Assembly (NCBI GenBank): GCA_900088475.1 | Contig: FLMG01002456.1 | Location: 124,001-188,000, forward strand | Direction: 5' to 3' | Length of the DNA stretch: 64,000 nt | DNA from: Hyphochytrium catenoides | Taxonomy: Eukaryota > Protista > Hyphochytriomycota | In this document: positions 1-12,561 of the stretch, in pieces | Position numbering within the stretch: position 1 is the first letter of the stretch | Layout: each line of letters opens with the position of its first letter | Made by a program: the position numbers and the translations under genes | Notes under the pieces: model-generated | Told to the model about the DNA's origin: nothing | Database searches by the model: none | The model's input: only the letters and a program-made list of their open reading frames with translations

Positions 1-326
1 ACTGCACTCGTGCCCGGACTCAGAGTTATAAGCTCTGGAAAGGCCATTGTAAAGTACTTTGACTTCGGGAGACTGCATGGCTACGCTTAGGTCCCTGGGC
101 TACTCCACATCAAAGTATTGACAGTTATCTCTTACCTGTATTTGATCTTCGCCATCCTGGCTGAGCAGTTCTTGATCACAAGCTTTTGGACATATTCTCC
201 ACCTGGTTGCCAGCTTCCCCCCGGGAAGAGTATCCCATCGCCGCAGTCAATCTCAAATCTGCGTATGACCTCGCTGCGAGGCAGCACTTCATAGGGTCGG
301 ACGAGGTTTTGTCCTTCCGACTCCAT
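1..326 (-). CDS. CFAP65: Cilia- and flagella-associated protein 65 (CCDC108), 5' end; gene continues beyond window start
   Basis: Exon 326-136, GT-AG intron 135-73 and exon 72-1 give ...FEIDCGDGILFPGGSWQPGGEYVQKLVIKNCSARMAKIKYSLPKSKYFTMAFPELITLSPGTSA. This matches the recalled CFAP65 N-terminus (W..G.E....LVLKN.....KMKY..PKTKFF....P.PI.LSPG). Confidence 0.8.
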
Positions 327-1078
327 GGTCCTCGAATTGAAGCCGATAGCTCTGATCAGCCCATTCCTTCAGCCTGCTATAGCAGTGCGCTCTGTGTGGC
401 TGGCTTGTGTGACGGGGCAATAGGAGGCTGCCGATGGCATGACGGTCTGCGGTTCCTTTGGATGGATAGCGGTGACCTCCCTCGTGACCATTTCTCCTTC
501 TTTCGCATCACCAGTCCTGGACGGCGCTGTCTTCCTCTTCTCATTGTGTCTCAACACTCTTGGAGCTTGGTCTCTCTCTACATGTAACGCCGCCTCTTCA
601 GGACCTGTCCAGCCGATAGGATCAGGGATTATCTCTTATGCTATTTCGAATCAATCCTAAGCTCAAAACCTTCACACGTTCTAACCTTTGAAACCCCAAA
701 AATTGCCGCCAAATCTTCCCCTTCCAAAGTGAAGCTTTGTGAGCTTACAGCTACCATAAACAGCACATCACCGATCACAACTTGCTGGGCTGCTGGAACG
801 AGCTGAAGCATAACGAACAGCCCTCATTCTCAGGCAGGCTATGGAGGATGCCGCATGCTCTCTCGTCTCGCTTCGCTTTGTGCTTGTGGTCGGATTTCTA
901 CCACCAGCTACAAAGATAATGATTCGTTGCCAACCTCTGCTATTAGCACCAATGTCGTGCGTGCAAGTGTGGGAGGGCTAAGGGTGCTGGGCTGAGATTC
1001 AAGCTCCACAATGGATGCTCATCTCTAGTAAAAACTCATATTAATCTCCCTATTGAAGAGGTTGTCGGCATCGATATT

Positions 1079-4000
1079 ATGTCGGACGATACTGGTCCGG
1101 AGCGCCAGGACGTCCAAGCTTCTAGCGGTACTGGGCCGCCAGTATTTGTCCAGCGGATTCTGGCGAGCATTGGTACGAACGTAGGGTGTGTCACAATATA
1201 CGGTGACTCACATCTGCCCTTAGATCATGATATATTTGAGGTTCGCCATCGCGCAGCCAAGAACCTCCTGTCGAAGCTGGAGAGCGGTCTTATGAGACCA
1301 GAAGACCTTGACGATGGACACTCGATGTTGGTGTTGGTAAGACTACCGCATATGGAGACCCAAAGTGCAAATCTGATGGCAATATTCTAGAAACGAGCTC
1401 TACTATCTTCCGCAGCCTTGAATGAGGACTTATGGGATCCTAAAGCTAATGACTTCCTGGCTAAGGTGCTCTCTANNNNNNNNNNNNNNNNNNNNNNNNN
1501 NNNNNNNNNNNNNNNNNNNNNNNNNNNNNNNNNNNGCCTCTTTAGGTCAAGGCCTTTAGTGAGCTTGACACCTCAGAGATAAGTACTCTACTTAGGCGGC
1601 ATCTACGGTCTGAGTTCCCGGAGGATGTGAAGCTTGCTGGCCAGGTAAGCTTCTTCTGAATTGAATACCTCCAGATCCCAAATGGTCTAACCTCAATCTA
1701 GGTTCTCGCGGCATTCCAGTCAGAAGAAGGTCGTTCTTACAGAAGCACAGATTCTTTAGGGCGTAATCATACCGTGGGCTCTCACGAGGAAGACAGTCTC
1801 CGAGGATCTGAGGAATTTCCACAGCCATCACCCCAAAGGATACCGATATCCTCTAGGTCGAGCTTGCAGAGCAGATATCAATCTAGTTCATCTAGTGGGC
1901 TCCGTGGTGAGTGTGAGGGTCAAATCTCAGCTCTCGAGAAGTCGTTCTAACGGTGCGACAAAATGTATAGGGCATGATCAAACGCTAGGATCTCGCGAAG
2001 AGGACAGTTTTCCAGAATCTGCTGGATTCTCACTGCCATCATCTCAGAAGAGGGCAACAACGTCCCCCAGGTCGAGCTTACAGAATAGAGTTCATTCTGG
2101 TCTGGCCGGTGGGCCTCGTGGTAAGTGGGAGACAGATCAAGACAGTCTGAGTTACAGCGAAGGGACCCGAGACAGCTTGAGCAGCCCCCTGCCACGAGGC
2201 TCTGCATCAAGTGCAAGCTCTTATCATGGAAATAGAAGTGCAAGAGGCTCTGAGTGCGATGTGCCCACTGCTGGGAGGGCCGATGAGTCTAGTGAGCCCT
2301 CACCCGTCAAAACGTTCCGTGAGGGTGGGACACTTTACTCAGAAGGCTGGCAGTTCCCTGCAGTTTTACTGACAGACTCGGATGAGGATCGATTACTTGA
2401 GTTTAGGTTACAGGTATCGGCTGAGACGTTTTCTTTTGAAACTGGCCTCGCATCTGAAGACCTTGCTTTTGCATTGCAGCTAAAATCATGCAGCACTTCC
2501 TCTGATGTCTTGTCCGCTTGTGAGAAGTTTGAGGAGTTATTTATGTCCTTTCCAGCAGAAGTCTTCTTGCAGAGACCAGAAATTCCAATATTTTTTGTCC
2601 AGCAGCTTTCCGCACCGAGGGATACGGTTGACCTAGATCCTGAGTATGTGTTGATGTGGCATTTGAGGGTATCCGTCCCAGTAGTTGACAGCTAAACGCC
2701 CCAGGACTTTGATGGATCCTCTTTTGACTATCATTGGAGTTTTGGACAGCTTCATTCAGCAGCTTGTCCATAAATCATTCGCCATTGCTTGCGACCTGTC
2801 TCTGCACGAAAATGCACGGAACGAAGATATTAATGAGGGGTACTCAACACCGCTAAAATACTCCTACCCTCCAGGTAACGACAAGATGCGTTTGGCTCTG
2901 TGTAAGGAAAACCTTGCATGACCCACTCTCTCTAGCCCTCTTTCCAAGGGACTCTCGCCTTCGAGTCTTAAGGGGAGCTGAGAGCTACCTCCCCAGATCT
3001 CTATCCCTTTCAGGCTTTGCAATGCTCTTCATTACAGGCCTCATACCCACATTCAAAGGAGGGAGATCAGCCTCCAAGCTGGCAGCGCTCCGTCTGATGA
3101 GGCTCCTTCTTGCGGTCGTCTTCGAGCTCGAAAACACCAATTCTAAGGAGGCAAAAAGTACTTGTCAACTATTGAGCAGAGACAGGGCCGGAGAGATCAC
3201 TAAGCTGTGGGAACAAATTATCATTGATGTTCAACGGAAAAATGTGACACTGCTGTCTACACTGCGTGGAAGCACGTTGCAGTCTTTAGGGGTAAGAACA
3301 TCCTTCGCGATCTGTCCACCCAAACAGTCGTAACGCTCCTACACTCTTTGACCTCCGGATGGGCACTGATGCTTATTCGAACCGACTGACGCTAAGATTA
3401 TACTCACAGGACCGGTCAAAGCTTCTTGAGGCGTCTAATCAATGGACGCATTTTGCGGATGTGTATGACCACTACGAGTGGCAACAATTTATTGTAGTGA
3501 CCATCCAGATACTTCGAGTAATCCTACAGTTTGGCGCTGCTTCCGGTGACTCCCTCAGCAGCATATACAGACACTTAATCTCAGAGGTCTTAACATCAGG
3601 AGTGATGAAGGCGTTGACACCTGACGACCAAAAGCTGATTGAGGATCTGGCACAGATTCACTGCCCATCCCTCTTAGAGGACTATAGAGCCCTGGAAGCG
3701 ATCAAGGCGGGAGTAGAAGCACTCGAGATCCTGGTCAGCCACGAAGAGTCAACCAAATATTCAGAAGCTCTGCATGATCATTGTTCTGAGGTCAGATTAT
3801 TTCAGCTGACGGAGCAACTCTTGCCCAAAGCTATGGCTGCAAGCGAACAAAGTTTGAGCATTCGGCATCTTCAAGACCCAAAAGTTGTTGCGGGGCTCTG
3901 GAAGCTGGTGGCGATATCCTGTCACGTAGCTTGCCGCTTGAGAGCATTCGGTAAAAGGGAAGTTCTTAATGAGCTCTCAATCACGCTTAATGGCCTCATT

Positions 4001-7000
4001 CCAGAGCTGCTGGCTGCAGGTGGGATTGGGGCGTCATCTGTCACAAAGAGTATAGTTGGGGGCCTCTGCGCTTCGCTAACACAAGAGGAGGCGCAGCTCT
4101 TGGCCCTCCAGTCCCTAGACCCAGATAGAGATTTCGGTGCCATTCGGGAGTTTATATCGTACAATCCTTCTCTTGTACACGGTTTACTCCTGGAAGCTCT
4201 TCACAATGGGGCCCTCCAGGACTTCTTGGGAATCAAACTACTTCAACTACTAGACTCGGTTGAACCTCAAGTATTCTCACACCTTTATAGCGACCAAGAC
4301 GGCTTTGAACAGGTCAATAGCTGGCAAATCGCATCGTGCTACCATATGCTGAAGTCAAGACACTTTGCTAGCAGCAGCCAAAGTTCCCCAGTTGACTTGT
4401 CGAACGGTAAGCAGTGCCGGGCTTTTGCTCGTTTTCCCTGATGAGCAGCGTCCCCGCTGACATCGTTGTCCAGGGCTTGCCCTGAATTTAAAGGAGTTAG
4501 TGAAGGCCAAATCCCCGGCTTTGGAGATTACGTTTAGCCTACGTGAGCTCTTCCATACCAATGAAAAGGTCAGGAGAGCGGCATCTAACAGGTAGGGCAT
4601 GCCGAGTAGGCACGTGTCAGCAGCTCCTAGTCTGATTTTGAATCTTCGTGCAACCTCTATTGCAGCTTGTTCTCTCTCCTTCCCGAGAGGTATAGACCTT
4701 GGGTGTCCTACGCTTCAGACCCGATGGACATTCAGCCAGACGCTGCGCTTGATATCTCCGCGCCTCAGATGTTTATGGAAGACGGACAGCTGTACGAACA
4801 GGTGGGGATACTGAATAAGCTTAGCCCAGGTAACTAGAGCACTAATCCGAATCTAGTAGACTCAAATGTCTATACAGGAGTTTGAGGTACTGTTGACACT
4901 TCTAGCATCACCCAACCTGACCTGGCAGATTCGCGGGTCCATCTTCCAGCAGATAAGCGAAATTCTGGCTTCCGATAGTCAGATGAGACAGAAAATCCAA
5001 GGTTCCGACTTACCTGTGCAGATAGTTGGCAGCTGTCTGAACCTCCTGGAGGATTCGCTGGCAGCGGAGGGTGATTTTGCCGGAACTGAAAAGCAGCACT
5101 TACGTAATGCCATTGCTTGGGTTGCTGTCACACTCAAAGTTCTATTGAGATTCTCTGACACTGCCCGTGAGGCGATTGTTCAGTCCTTCGACACTTTGGC
5201 GGAACCTGGCGATAGCAAATTTCCACCGTCTTTGCTACCTCTAATTTTCCACTTCAATGAGGTAGTGAGGCTAGGGGTAGCGCAAGTTCTCTATTCAACT
5301 ATTTTTGATGTCCGTAACTTTGAGGGGAAGAGGCACTCGGAGGTTCACGAGGATGCAGTCGTCGTCTGTGTGCCAGCCTTTCTGGATTCGTGTGGTTTCA
5401 ACCTTCACAAAGTTCAAGGGTTAAGCATGAAGGTAACCACAAACCCTCAACAAAGGAAATACCCCGTAGGCGAGGCGAAAGCCCCGACCGGTAGTGGAAT
5501 GGTTCAAGCGCCGTCTTCCGCAGGCAAACCAGATTCAATGCCTTCTGAGATTCTCAGGGCGAGACATGAAGATCTCCCGCACATCTTTCTTAAAAGAGTT
5601 CTCGAGGAGTTGCGTCGCGTGACTTCTCATCGAAAGTTTATTCACTATATTCACATTGCAAAAGAGGCTACGACAGATCTATCTGACCAAGGGAACTCAG
5701 ACTGCCAAGACCTTACTGGCATGACTACAGAGGTGAGAAAGTTACATCCTTTTTTGCTCTCGCTTTTGCCCTCAAGAACGATTCTCTTGGGTAGTAACTA
5801 GGCATGTCTGGCGTGTAGACCTTCAGCAGATTTTTCAAGCATCGTCCAGGTAGCCTTCGAGACTTCGGTGTCCTGATGGCGCTGTTGGAATACCTCCTGG
5901 TGGTGCCTGAGCTTGGTCCTGAATTGACGGACGTTTTACTTGAGTTCACCAGCATCCTGGGCCTTGTTAGCGTGAGTGTAATGATTTGAGCTTTAAGGTT
6001 GCAGCTAAACTTAGCCCTCCATTTCACCACGTAGAACGATGACTTCGAAACCCTGCGACCCTACAAGCAAAAAGGTAATGTTCAAACAGGAGATGGAGGC
6101 AAGACCATTACCGCGGTTGTCTTTGTCAAGAGAAGAGTATTAGCGCTTGCTCTTCAAGCGTGGTGTAGAATAGTGGCTCTTGACGCGTGTCCTCTCAGTA
6201 CGCTGGAGCGATTCCTAGATCAGTCGGCATTCATTGCTACTCTGGGAACGATTATAGCCGAAGAGGATGACCCGGCTCTCAGCGGTCATATCATGAAGCT
6301 CGCTGGCCATCTACTGCAGAAAGCCCCCAAGCTGACTGGGGCTTCCTTAGCCATCCTGACGTCAAATGTTTTTCGGTGGGCGCTTGGAAGCGCAAGCAAT
6401 CTTCACCGGGTCGGCGATTCGTTTCAGGTATGGTAAAGACTCCAGGCGGAAGCCCTTGAGTGTCTCAGATCATTGGCTGCAGGGTAAATGGCACGTCCGC
6501 GAAGCACTGAAAGCCTTGAGTGTTTCTGCGACTGCTCTTCCTCTCCAAAAGCCGGGACTATGGGTCCTAAACGGCAACTTCCACTGGGTGCTACGTGCGT
6601 TTAAAGATAGGGAGGCAGCGATTAGGACTGCGGGTAAGATGAGAACATTGACTAAGTCTGGTTTTATATCCCTCATCCCTCGCCTTCTAGGGCTATCTAT
6701 AGTTTTAGCCCTACGAAATTCTTCCCATATTCAAGAGCTTCCTTGGACACATCTTCTGGAGCGCCTAAAAAGTCCCCGATACTGTGCTATGGAGAGAGCC
6801 CTTTGCGGATCTCTCCTCTTAGAGGTAGTCAGGAATGAGAAGGAAGCAGGTAAGGCCTTTTAGTGAAGGGTTAAGTTCTACTGTCAGTCACACAGAGTAT
6901 GTGCGTCCGTTCAGAAGGATTCTTAAAAACAAGCCTTGAGCTAGTTGCTAAGCAGCCAGTGCGGTTGCTGACTCAACGGACAGCTACAGCGAACTCTATA

Positions 7001-9619
7001 AGTGCCATTCTGAAGATAATCCAATACTCGCATGCGAGTATAGGTAAGATAGTGAGGCAACTTTCCCGAGACTTTCTTGCTGAGGTACTCCCTACCGTTC
7101 AGGGGACGCTGACTTTTTCTCTTCGGCCCAAGACCGGCTTCAGCTGCTAAGACTACTTCTGAAGCTTTCGCACCCATTGTACTACAGTGATCTGCTGCGC
7201 ATCACAATTTCAGGTAAAAGAAATTCATAGTATTTAATTGCTGTGATAGACAAGACGCTAACACCGCGGAAGACTTTCCAGAGAACGTCCCTTCTGGGGC
7301 TGCCCTGAGCATGGAAGTAGCTATGGTCCCTCGTTGTAAGCTTATCAGCGCTTGGAAGGGCAAACTGGAGCTCTTTAATTATAGGGCTGCGTACCAGGCC
7401 TCTGGCAGTGCACTTGAACTGCTCTCTCGTCTAATAACTACAGGAGATGAGTCTTCGCTAACGGAGGTCACCAGCAACTCGTACTTTCGTGCGGGCATTG
7501 TAGAGATTTTTGAATCATCCAGAATTCTTCCGGAAGCTGAACGGGTACGGATGAACTACGGTAGAGTTAGTTGCACCACGGCGTCTCTTAATCAACTTCT
7601 ATGGCCACAGATAATGGCAGTTGGGTCTGCCGTGAGGACGTTGTCTGCAGTCTTGAAAAAATACCCAGCTTCTAAGGCGCTGACGACTTCAAGATTGGCC
7701 TTCTCCTTGAGCGAGGAAGATGTATATACATTGATGTCTTCGGTAGGATGCTTCTTAGGCTCAGATTACCCATTGTGGAGTCGCATAGAGTTATGCCGAC
7801 ACCTGTCGGAGCTGCTCACTACTTGTGATTGCGCTGGACGTATAAACTCAAAGGGTAAGGTTTATTCATGTCTCACTAAAGCGAAGGACTTATTCTCTTC
7901 CAAGGTTTAGCAGGAAATTTTGTTTACATTTTAAAAGAGATCTGGACGGGAGGACGAGCGTTTGCCAAGAAAGGAGACCCGGGCACCGCGCATGATATTG
8001 TGATTCTGTGTCTCTGCTGCGTACTCCCTAGTTCTGAAGAGCGGACCACGGAAGCACTGCGCGCAGGATTGGGCGAAATAATCTTCCAAGGTTTGAAAGA
8101 GATCGGAGATCAGGTGGCTGCTTCTCATGGAAACTCTTGTGATGGAGAAGAAGGTTTAGCTTATCTCGATGCTCTGGTCCAGCTCCTGTTGGCCTTAAGT
8201 GCCACTAAAAGTGTAGCGGTACAGGTATGTTGTAGGCAGAGAAGGCATATTTTGTCATTAATTCTAAGCTTAACTTTCGACTCATAGTCCCCGATATCTC
8301 TATTTCTCTTAATAATCCCTTCCAGGACTACATGCGCCTCCAAGAAGTCCAGAAGATATGGATGAAGCTTCTCTCTCGCGTATCCAAAGACTTCTTTCAT
8401 CACCATAATCGGTACGCCAGCTTTTTGCAACCGAATTCTCTTGACCTCTGATAGACTTACCATAAATATGTGCAGAAGTGGAGAGAAAGAGCGAGATGAC
8501 TCCGTTCAGAAGAGGAATAGCTCGCTTCTTGTGAATCTCCTCAACGTGTTAGCAAACTTTATTTATGACAACCCTCGCAGCCGCTCTGCGCTACTGGATC
8601 GCATTCAAACTAGCGACGATGTAACCCAGGGCAAGTCTACTATTCTGGCTTGGCTTCTCCGACTTTCAGAGAAATTGCTGTCTCTCAAGCATGAGGCCTC
8701 TCTTAGGTAAGACTTAGCTCTCAAGACCTATCCTTTGTTTCTGATTCAATCTGTTTAGGTCTTCCTTGGCTGTCCTGCAGTCTGCTTCTTTGTCGCCAGA
8801 TTGCAGCTCTGCTATCATCCGGTCTGGATACCCTCAGAGTTGCCTAAAAGCACTGGAGGACCTCTTGGCCCAGAAGCGCAGAAAACTTGGAATCATCCTT
8901 GGTCTAAGTCAAGTGCTCACAAGCTTGGCCCTTTCTGAAGAGGGCCAGCGCCTGTTGATCAAGTGTTCTGGTTAGTCCTCTGGGTGCTACTGCCGATAGA
9001 GAAGACTTACTCACCAGACTGTTCTGTGCTGGCCCGTTTCTTCTAAAAATCTTCTTTTTAGGGATCAAGAACATACTTTTAGATCTTTTATCCGCATCCG
9101 AGGAGCAAGTCGTGAAGCAAGGACTCCTCTTGATGCATAATCTAGCGTTCTATCGAGCTTTCAAGAGCCAAACAACGGTAATCAGCACACTGTTTACCTC
9201 GTAATCCACGGGCCCTGCGTCACCTTCTCTCGATTAGGTCTGGGATTCGCTTCTCCCTAAGATTCTGGAGCTTCTCAGTTCGAAGTGGCTCGCTATACGT
9301 CCAATCGCAGCTGCCGCCATGTGGGCATTTGCTTATAACAACATGAAGGCCAGTTCCTATCTCGCCTCGCACGACGCATCAGCGAAACTGTGCCAAGCGG
9401 AAGAGCTGATCAAGCAAGGTAAGAAGAGCCAAGCACCATGAGGAACTATAGCGTTGTCTGACCAATCGTTGCTTTCCACTAGAGCTGACTATGGGAGATC
9501 CGAATAATGACGCGGCTCAGATCTTGAAAGAAGCCCTAAGAACTATAGCCCTAGTAACGCACTGCGCCATGAGGCAGGGTAGTAATGCGTCCTCTCTAGA
9601 CACCCCAGTACCGCAGTAG
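1079..9619 (+). CDS. RTTN: Rotatin (centriole/basal body ARM-repeat protein), multi-exon
   Basis: Spliced N-terminus RILASIDHDIFEVRHRAAKNLLSKLESGL, the FPAEVFLQRPEI motif and C-terminal AAAAMWAFAYNNMKA match recalled rotatin motifs. More than 20 short GT-AG introns; stop TAG at 9617-9619. Includes an N gap. Confidence 0.85.
1476..1535. other. Assembly gap (60 N) inside the rotatin gene
   Basis: Run of n in the sequence. Confidence 1.
1730..2145 (+). repeat. Diverged ~211-214 bp tandem duplication within rotatin coding region
   Basis: Unit 1 encodes GRNHTVGSHEEDSLRGSEEFPQPSPQRIPISSRSSLQSRYQSSSSSGLRG; unit 2 encodes GHDQTLGSREEDSFPESAGFSLPSSQKRATTSPRSSLQNRVHSGLAGGPRG. Nucleotide anchors: gtcgttcttac (1730) vs gtcgttctaac (1941), aggtcgagctt in both units, and cgtggtgagtg vs cgtggtaagtg. 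Confidence 0.85.
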
Positions 9620-9784
9620 ATCTCTTTCTTGCAATCATAGACGGTTGAATAACACCTTGCTCACACTGTTCCTTTACTAACGCAATGTATTCTTAGTTAA
9701 TATGATATATTTTAGTCGTAGGAGCTACCTGGACACACAGATATGTTCTTATCCCCTGCTCAGAGGCAAAGTTTTACTTGGCAC

Positions 9785-11828
9785 CTAACCCCTGCTAGTG
9801 TCCCGACCAAAAAGAAGAGTCTTCGTCCAGTCTGCTGCAACGCAGAACCTGTTCCTAGCGCTCAGCAACTTCGATAGGTACACACTGCGCCAAAGGACAA
9901 ATGTCGCAAAACCCTGAGAGATAAAGCCAGATTTCTCATCGCCCTTTCCAGTTTTTTGCTTAAAGTCGGCTATCGCTGTATGTGTTCCCACATAGGCAAA
10001 GCTACCTTGGTGGGAATATGTGAAGCCTGGTGTAGCATCCAGAGCCTTATTCAGGATCTCTGGACTCTTGGCTTGGGTGCTCTCATGAGCAACATCAGCC
10101 AGGTTGCTCAGCACTCGTCCAAGATATCTCCCTTGCTGAGAGGCTACTTGTGCTGTAGGTGGAAGACCAATAAACGCGCAATCGCCCAGAGCAAACATGT
10201 TGGTCGCTCCCTTGACTCGTAGTTGGTCATCCACAACTAGTGCCCGACTGCGAAGGATAGGTTTTAGGACGCTTAGAGAGCGAGACAAAAAGTGCAGATC
10301 GGGAAGCCGAGAGTTGGATCGCTAATGAATCAGAGGAGGGAGAGAGCTAGCTATTGTTCTGTGACTGAAACAAGAAGCTTCTCCCGAACCTACCTCATGG
10401 GTTGCACCCCACCAATCGAGTTCATCAGGTTCCTGACAAGGGGCCTTGTAGTCACTCCTGAGGCCCAGACGAGCAGCCCATACGGGACTTTGGCGATAGT
10501 CCCGTCCGTTGTGTCTTTAATAGACATATCCCGTTCTCCCACGCCAACTACTAGGCTTTTGGTTTGAAGGTTGATATTCTCGCGAGCAAACTTCTTCTCT
10601 GTGTACTCCACCAAGGATGAGTCAAACATTGCAAGAATATGAGGCATAGCCTCAATCAGCGTGATCTTCACTTTTTTCGCCACGTCGGGGAATGCCTTGG
10701 TGAGATCAGAAATCAAAAAGTCATGCAGTTCTGCTGCCACCTCGACCCCTGTAGGTCCACCTCCGACGACCACGAAGTGCAGAAGGCGCTCAATCTCCTC
10801 TGCCGGCTGGCCAGGGATCAGTGCTGTCTCAAAGGAATCCATGATGCGATTCCTAAGTACGTTCGCATGATCAACCTCCTTCATAAAGTAGGCGTGCTCT
10901 TCTACTCCTGGGATCTTGAAGGTAGCAGGTTGCATCCCCACCGCCACCACCAGATAGTCATAACCCATTTCGAAGTCCTTCACTTTTCCTGGTATCTTTG
11001 TCAGCGATGTGGAAAGCACTCTGAGAGACAAAGTAGACGAATGATTCTGAAGGAGATACAGATAAAACCAAAAAAAAGGTACTGAGAATAGATGAGGCAG
11101 TTCCAGCATTTGCAGACAAGCACATTTAAGTACCTTGAATGGGAGATTTGTCCACACATTTTATTAGCTGCTTCTTGTGGTCGATCTCCGAGCATTCAGC
11201 TTCTAAAAAGCGGACAGATTCTGCGGAGCTCCGCTTGCAAAAGTAATGGATGGGTTCCATGATACTTCGGGGTTCGATAGTGCCGCACGTGGTGCTAGGA
11301 AGTAACGGCGTGAATAGGAAATAGTTCCGCGGGGAAATGACCGTGATGTTGAACTTGTCCGCATGAATCTTTCGGACAAGACTCAATGCGCCCCACCCAG
11401 ATCCAAGAATGACCAAATGGGGACGCTTTTTCCGCTCCTCTGAGAATCGATGGGGAGCAAAGCGTTAGACAGAGATATGCGGACAATCAGAGAGACAACA
11501 GACCAAATATAGGTACTCCCGCTGCCTAGCACAGATTTAGAGAGCATCGGACCCTACACGGACCTTCTGGGAGCTTTGTCCTTGCCCAACTCCAAAGATT
11601 ATCCAGTTCATCATTAACAGCTAGATCAAAGATATAGATCCCCACACCAAGAAGCACGGAGCCGCCCAATAGGTTTCGGCCTGAGAAGAGCTTCCTTCTA
11701 GTCTTTTCCGTGGCTGGCGTGGAGGAAAGTGCCCTGCTTTGAGGAATTGAGGAGTGGAGGAAGAGACTAGATTGCTTTGACGAGCGCAGGGCCCCTTGGC
11801 TGGCCCGTAGGGCTTTCAAGCACAGCAT
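9785..11828 (-). CDS. Mitochondrial type II (alternative) NADH:ubiquinone oxidoreductase, NDE/NDA-like; 4 exons
   Basis: Motifs VILGSGWG, ISPRNYFLFTPLLPS, YDYLVVAVG, VVVGGGPTGVE, FALGDCA, LPPTAQVASQQG and FGRD. The N-terminus resembles a presequence followed by a TM segment. No EF-hand insert seen. Confidence 0.93.
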
Positions 11829-12321
11829 CTCGATAGACGCTACTGGAGCGAAAGGCTGGTTGGACTCAGCACGTCCACTTGTACGAACAGGCCTGCGCTG
11901 TCGAGCTGTCAGCACGCATAAGCACCCAGGCAAGCAGGAGCCGCTTATGAAGATTGAGAGCTAACAAATGAAGGCCAGGTAGCCATGAAGCTGAGCTTCA
12001 GCAGGGATTGCGAAGGCTCAAGGATTGATTGACCATTGGGCCGTGTTACTGGGGGAAACTGTACAGCCATCAGCAGCGCCATCAGCACATTAGCGTGTTT
12101 CCGTTCTGCTTGTTCCTCACATGCAGACCTCCCCTTGGATCATGGATCTTTTGTGTCGGAACGGCTGGGGAAGCTATTACATGAAAGACCTTTGTGTATC
12201 ACTTGTTAACCGAGAAAAGAGCTGCCCTGTCTAAGATTTTGAGAGAATTTGAAGAAGCCGTTGAGCTGAAGAGAGGCTCCATCCGTGCTCACAAGCAATC
12301 TCAAAAGTGTCTCTTGCTCTT

Positions 12322-12561
12322 GGACTCATAGCTGTTGGGCTCGTGGCTCATGGGGCTTGGCTCATCATAGCTCATAGCTCATGGCTCATGGCTCATGGCT
12401 CATGGCTCACACGGCTCATGGCATGGCTCATGACTCATGGCTCATGGCTCACACGGCTCATGGCATGGCTCATGGCTCACACTGCTCATGACATGGCTTA
12501 TGGGGCATGTGGCATCATGGCTCATGGCTCATGGCTCATGGGGCATGGCTCATGGCTCATG
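12322..12561. repeat. Heptamer tandem array (GGCTCAT)n with 28-nt higher-order units
   Basis: About 30 GGCTCAT/GGCAT/GGCTCACAC units read directly. The unit ggctcacac-ggctcat-ggcat-ggctcat recurs at 12404, 12446 and (diverged) 12474. Confidence 0.95.

Noticed and set aside
327-640. Open frame upstream of, and in frame with, CFAP65, separated by one TGA (369-371): possible readthrough or selenocysteine
   Set aside because: The upstream peptide has no recognisable homology and CFAP65 similarity starts after the ATG at 326. TGA is a normal stop in other genes here, and no SECIS was identified.
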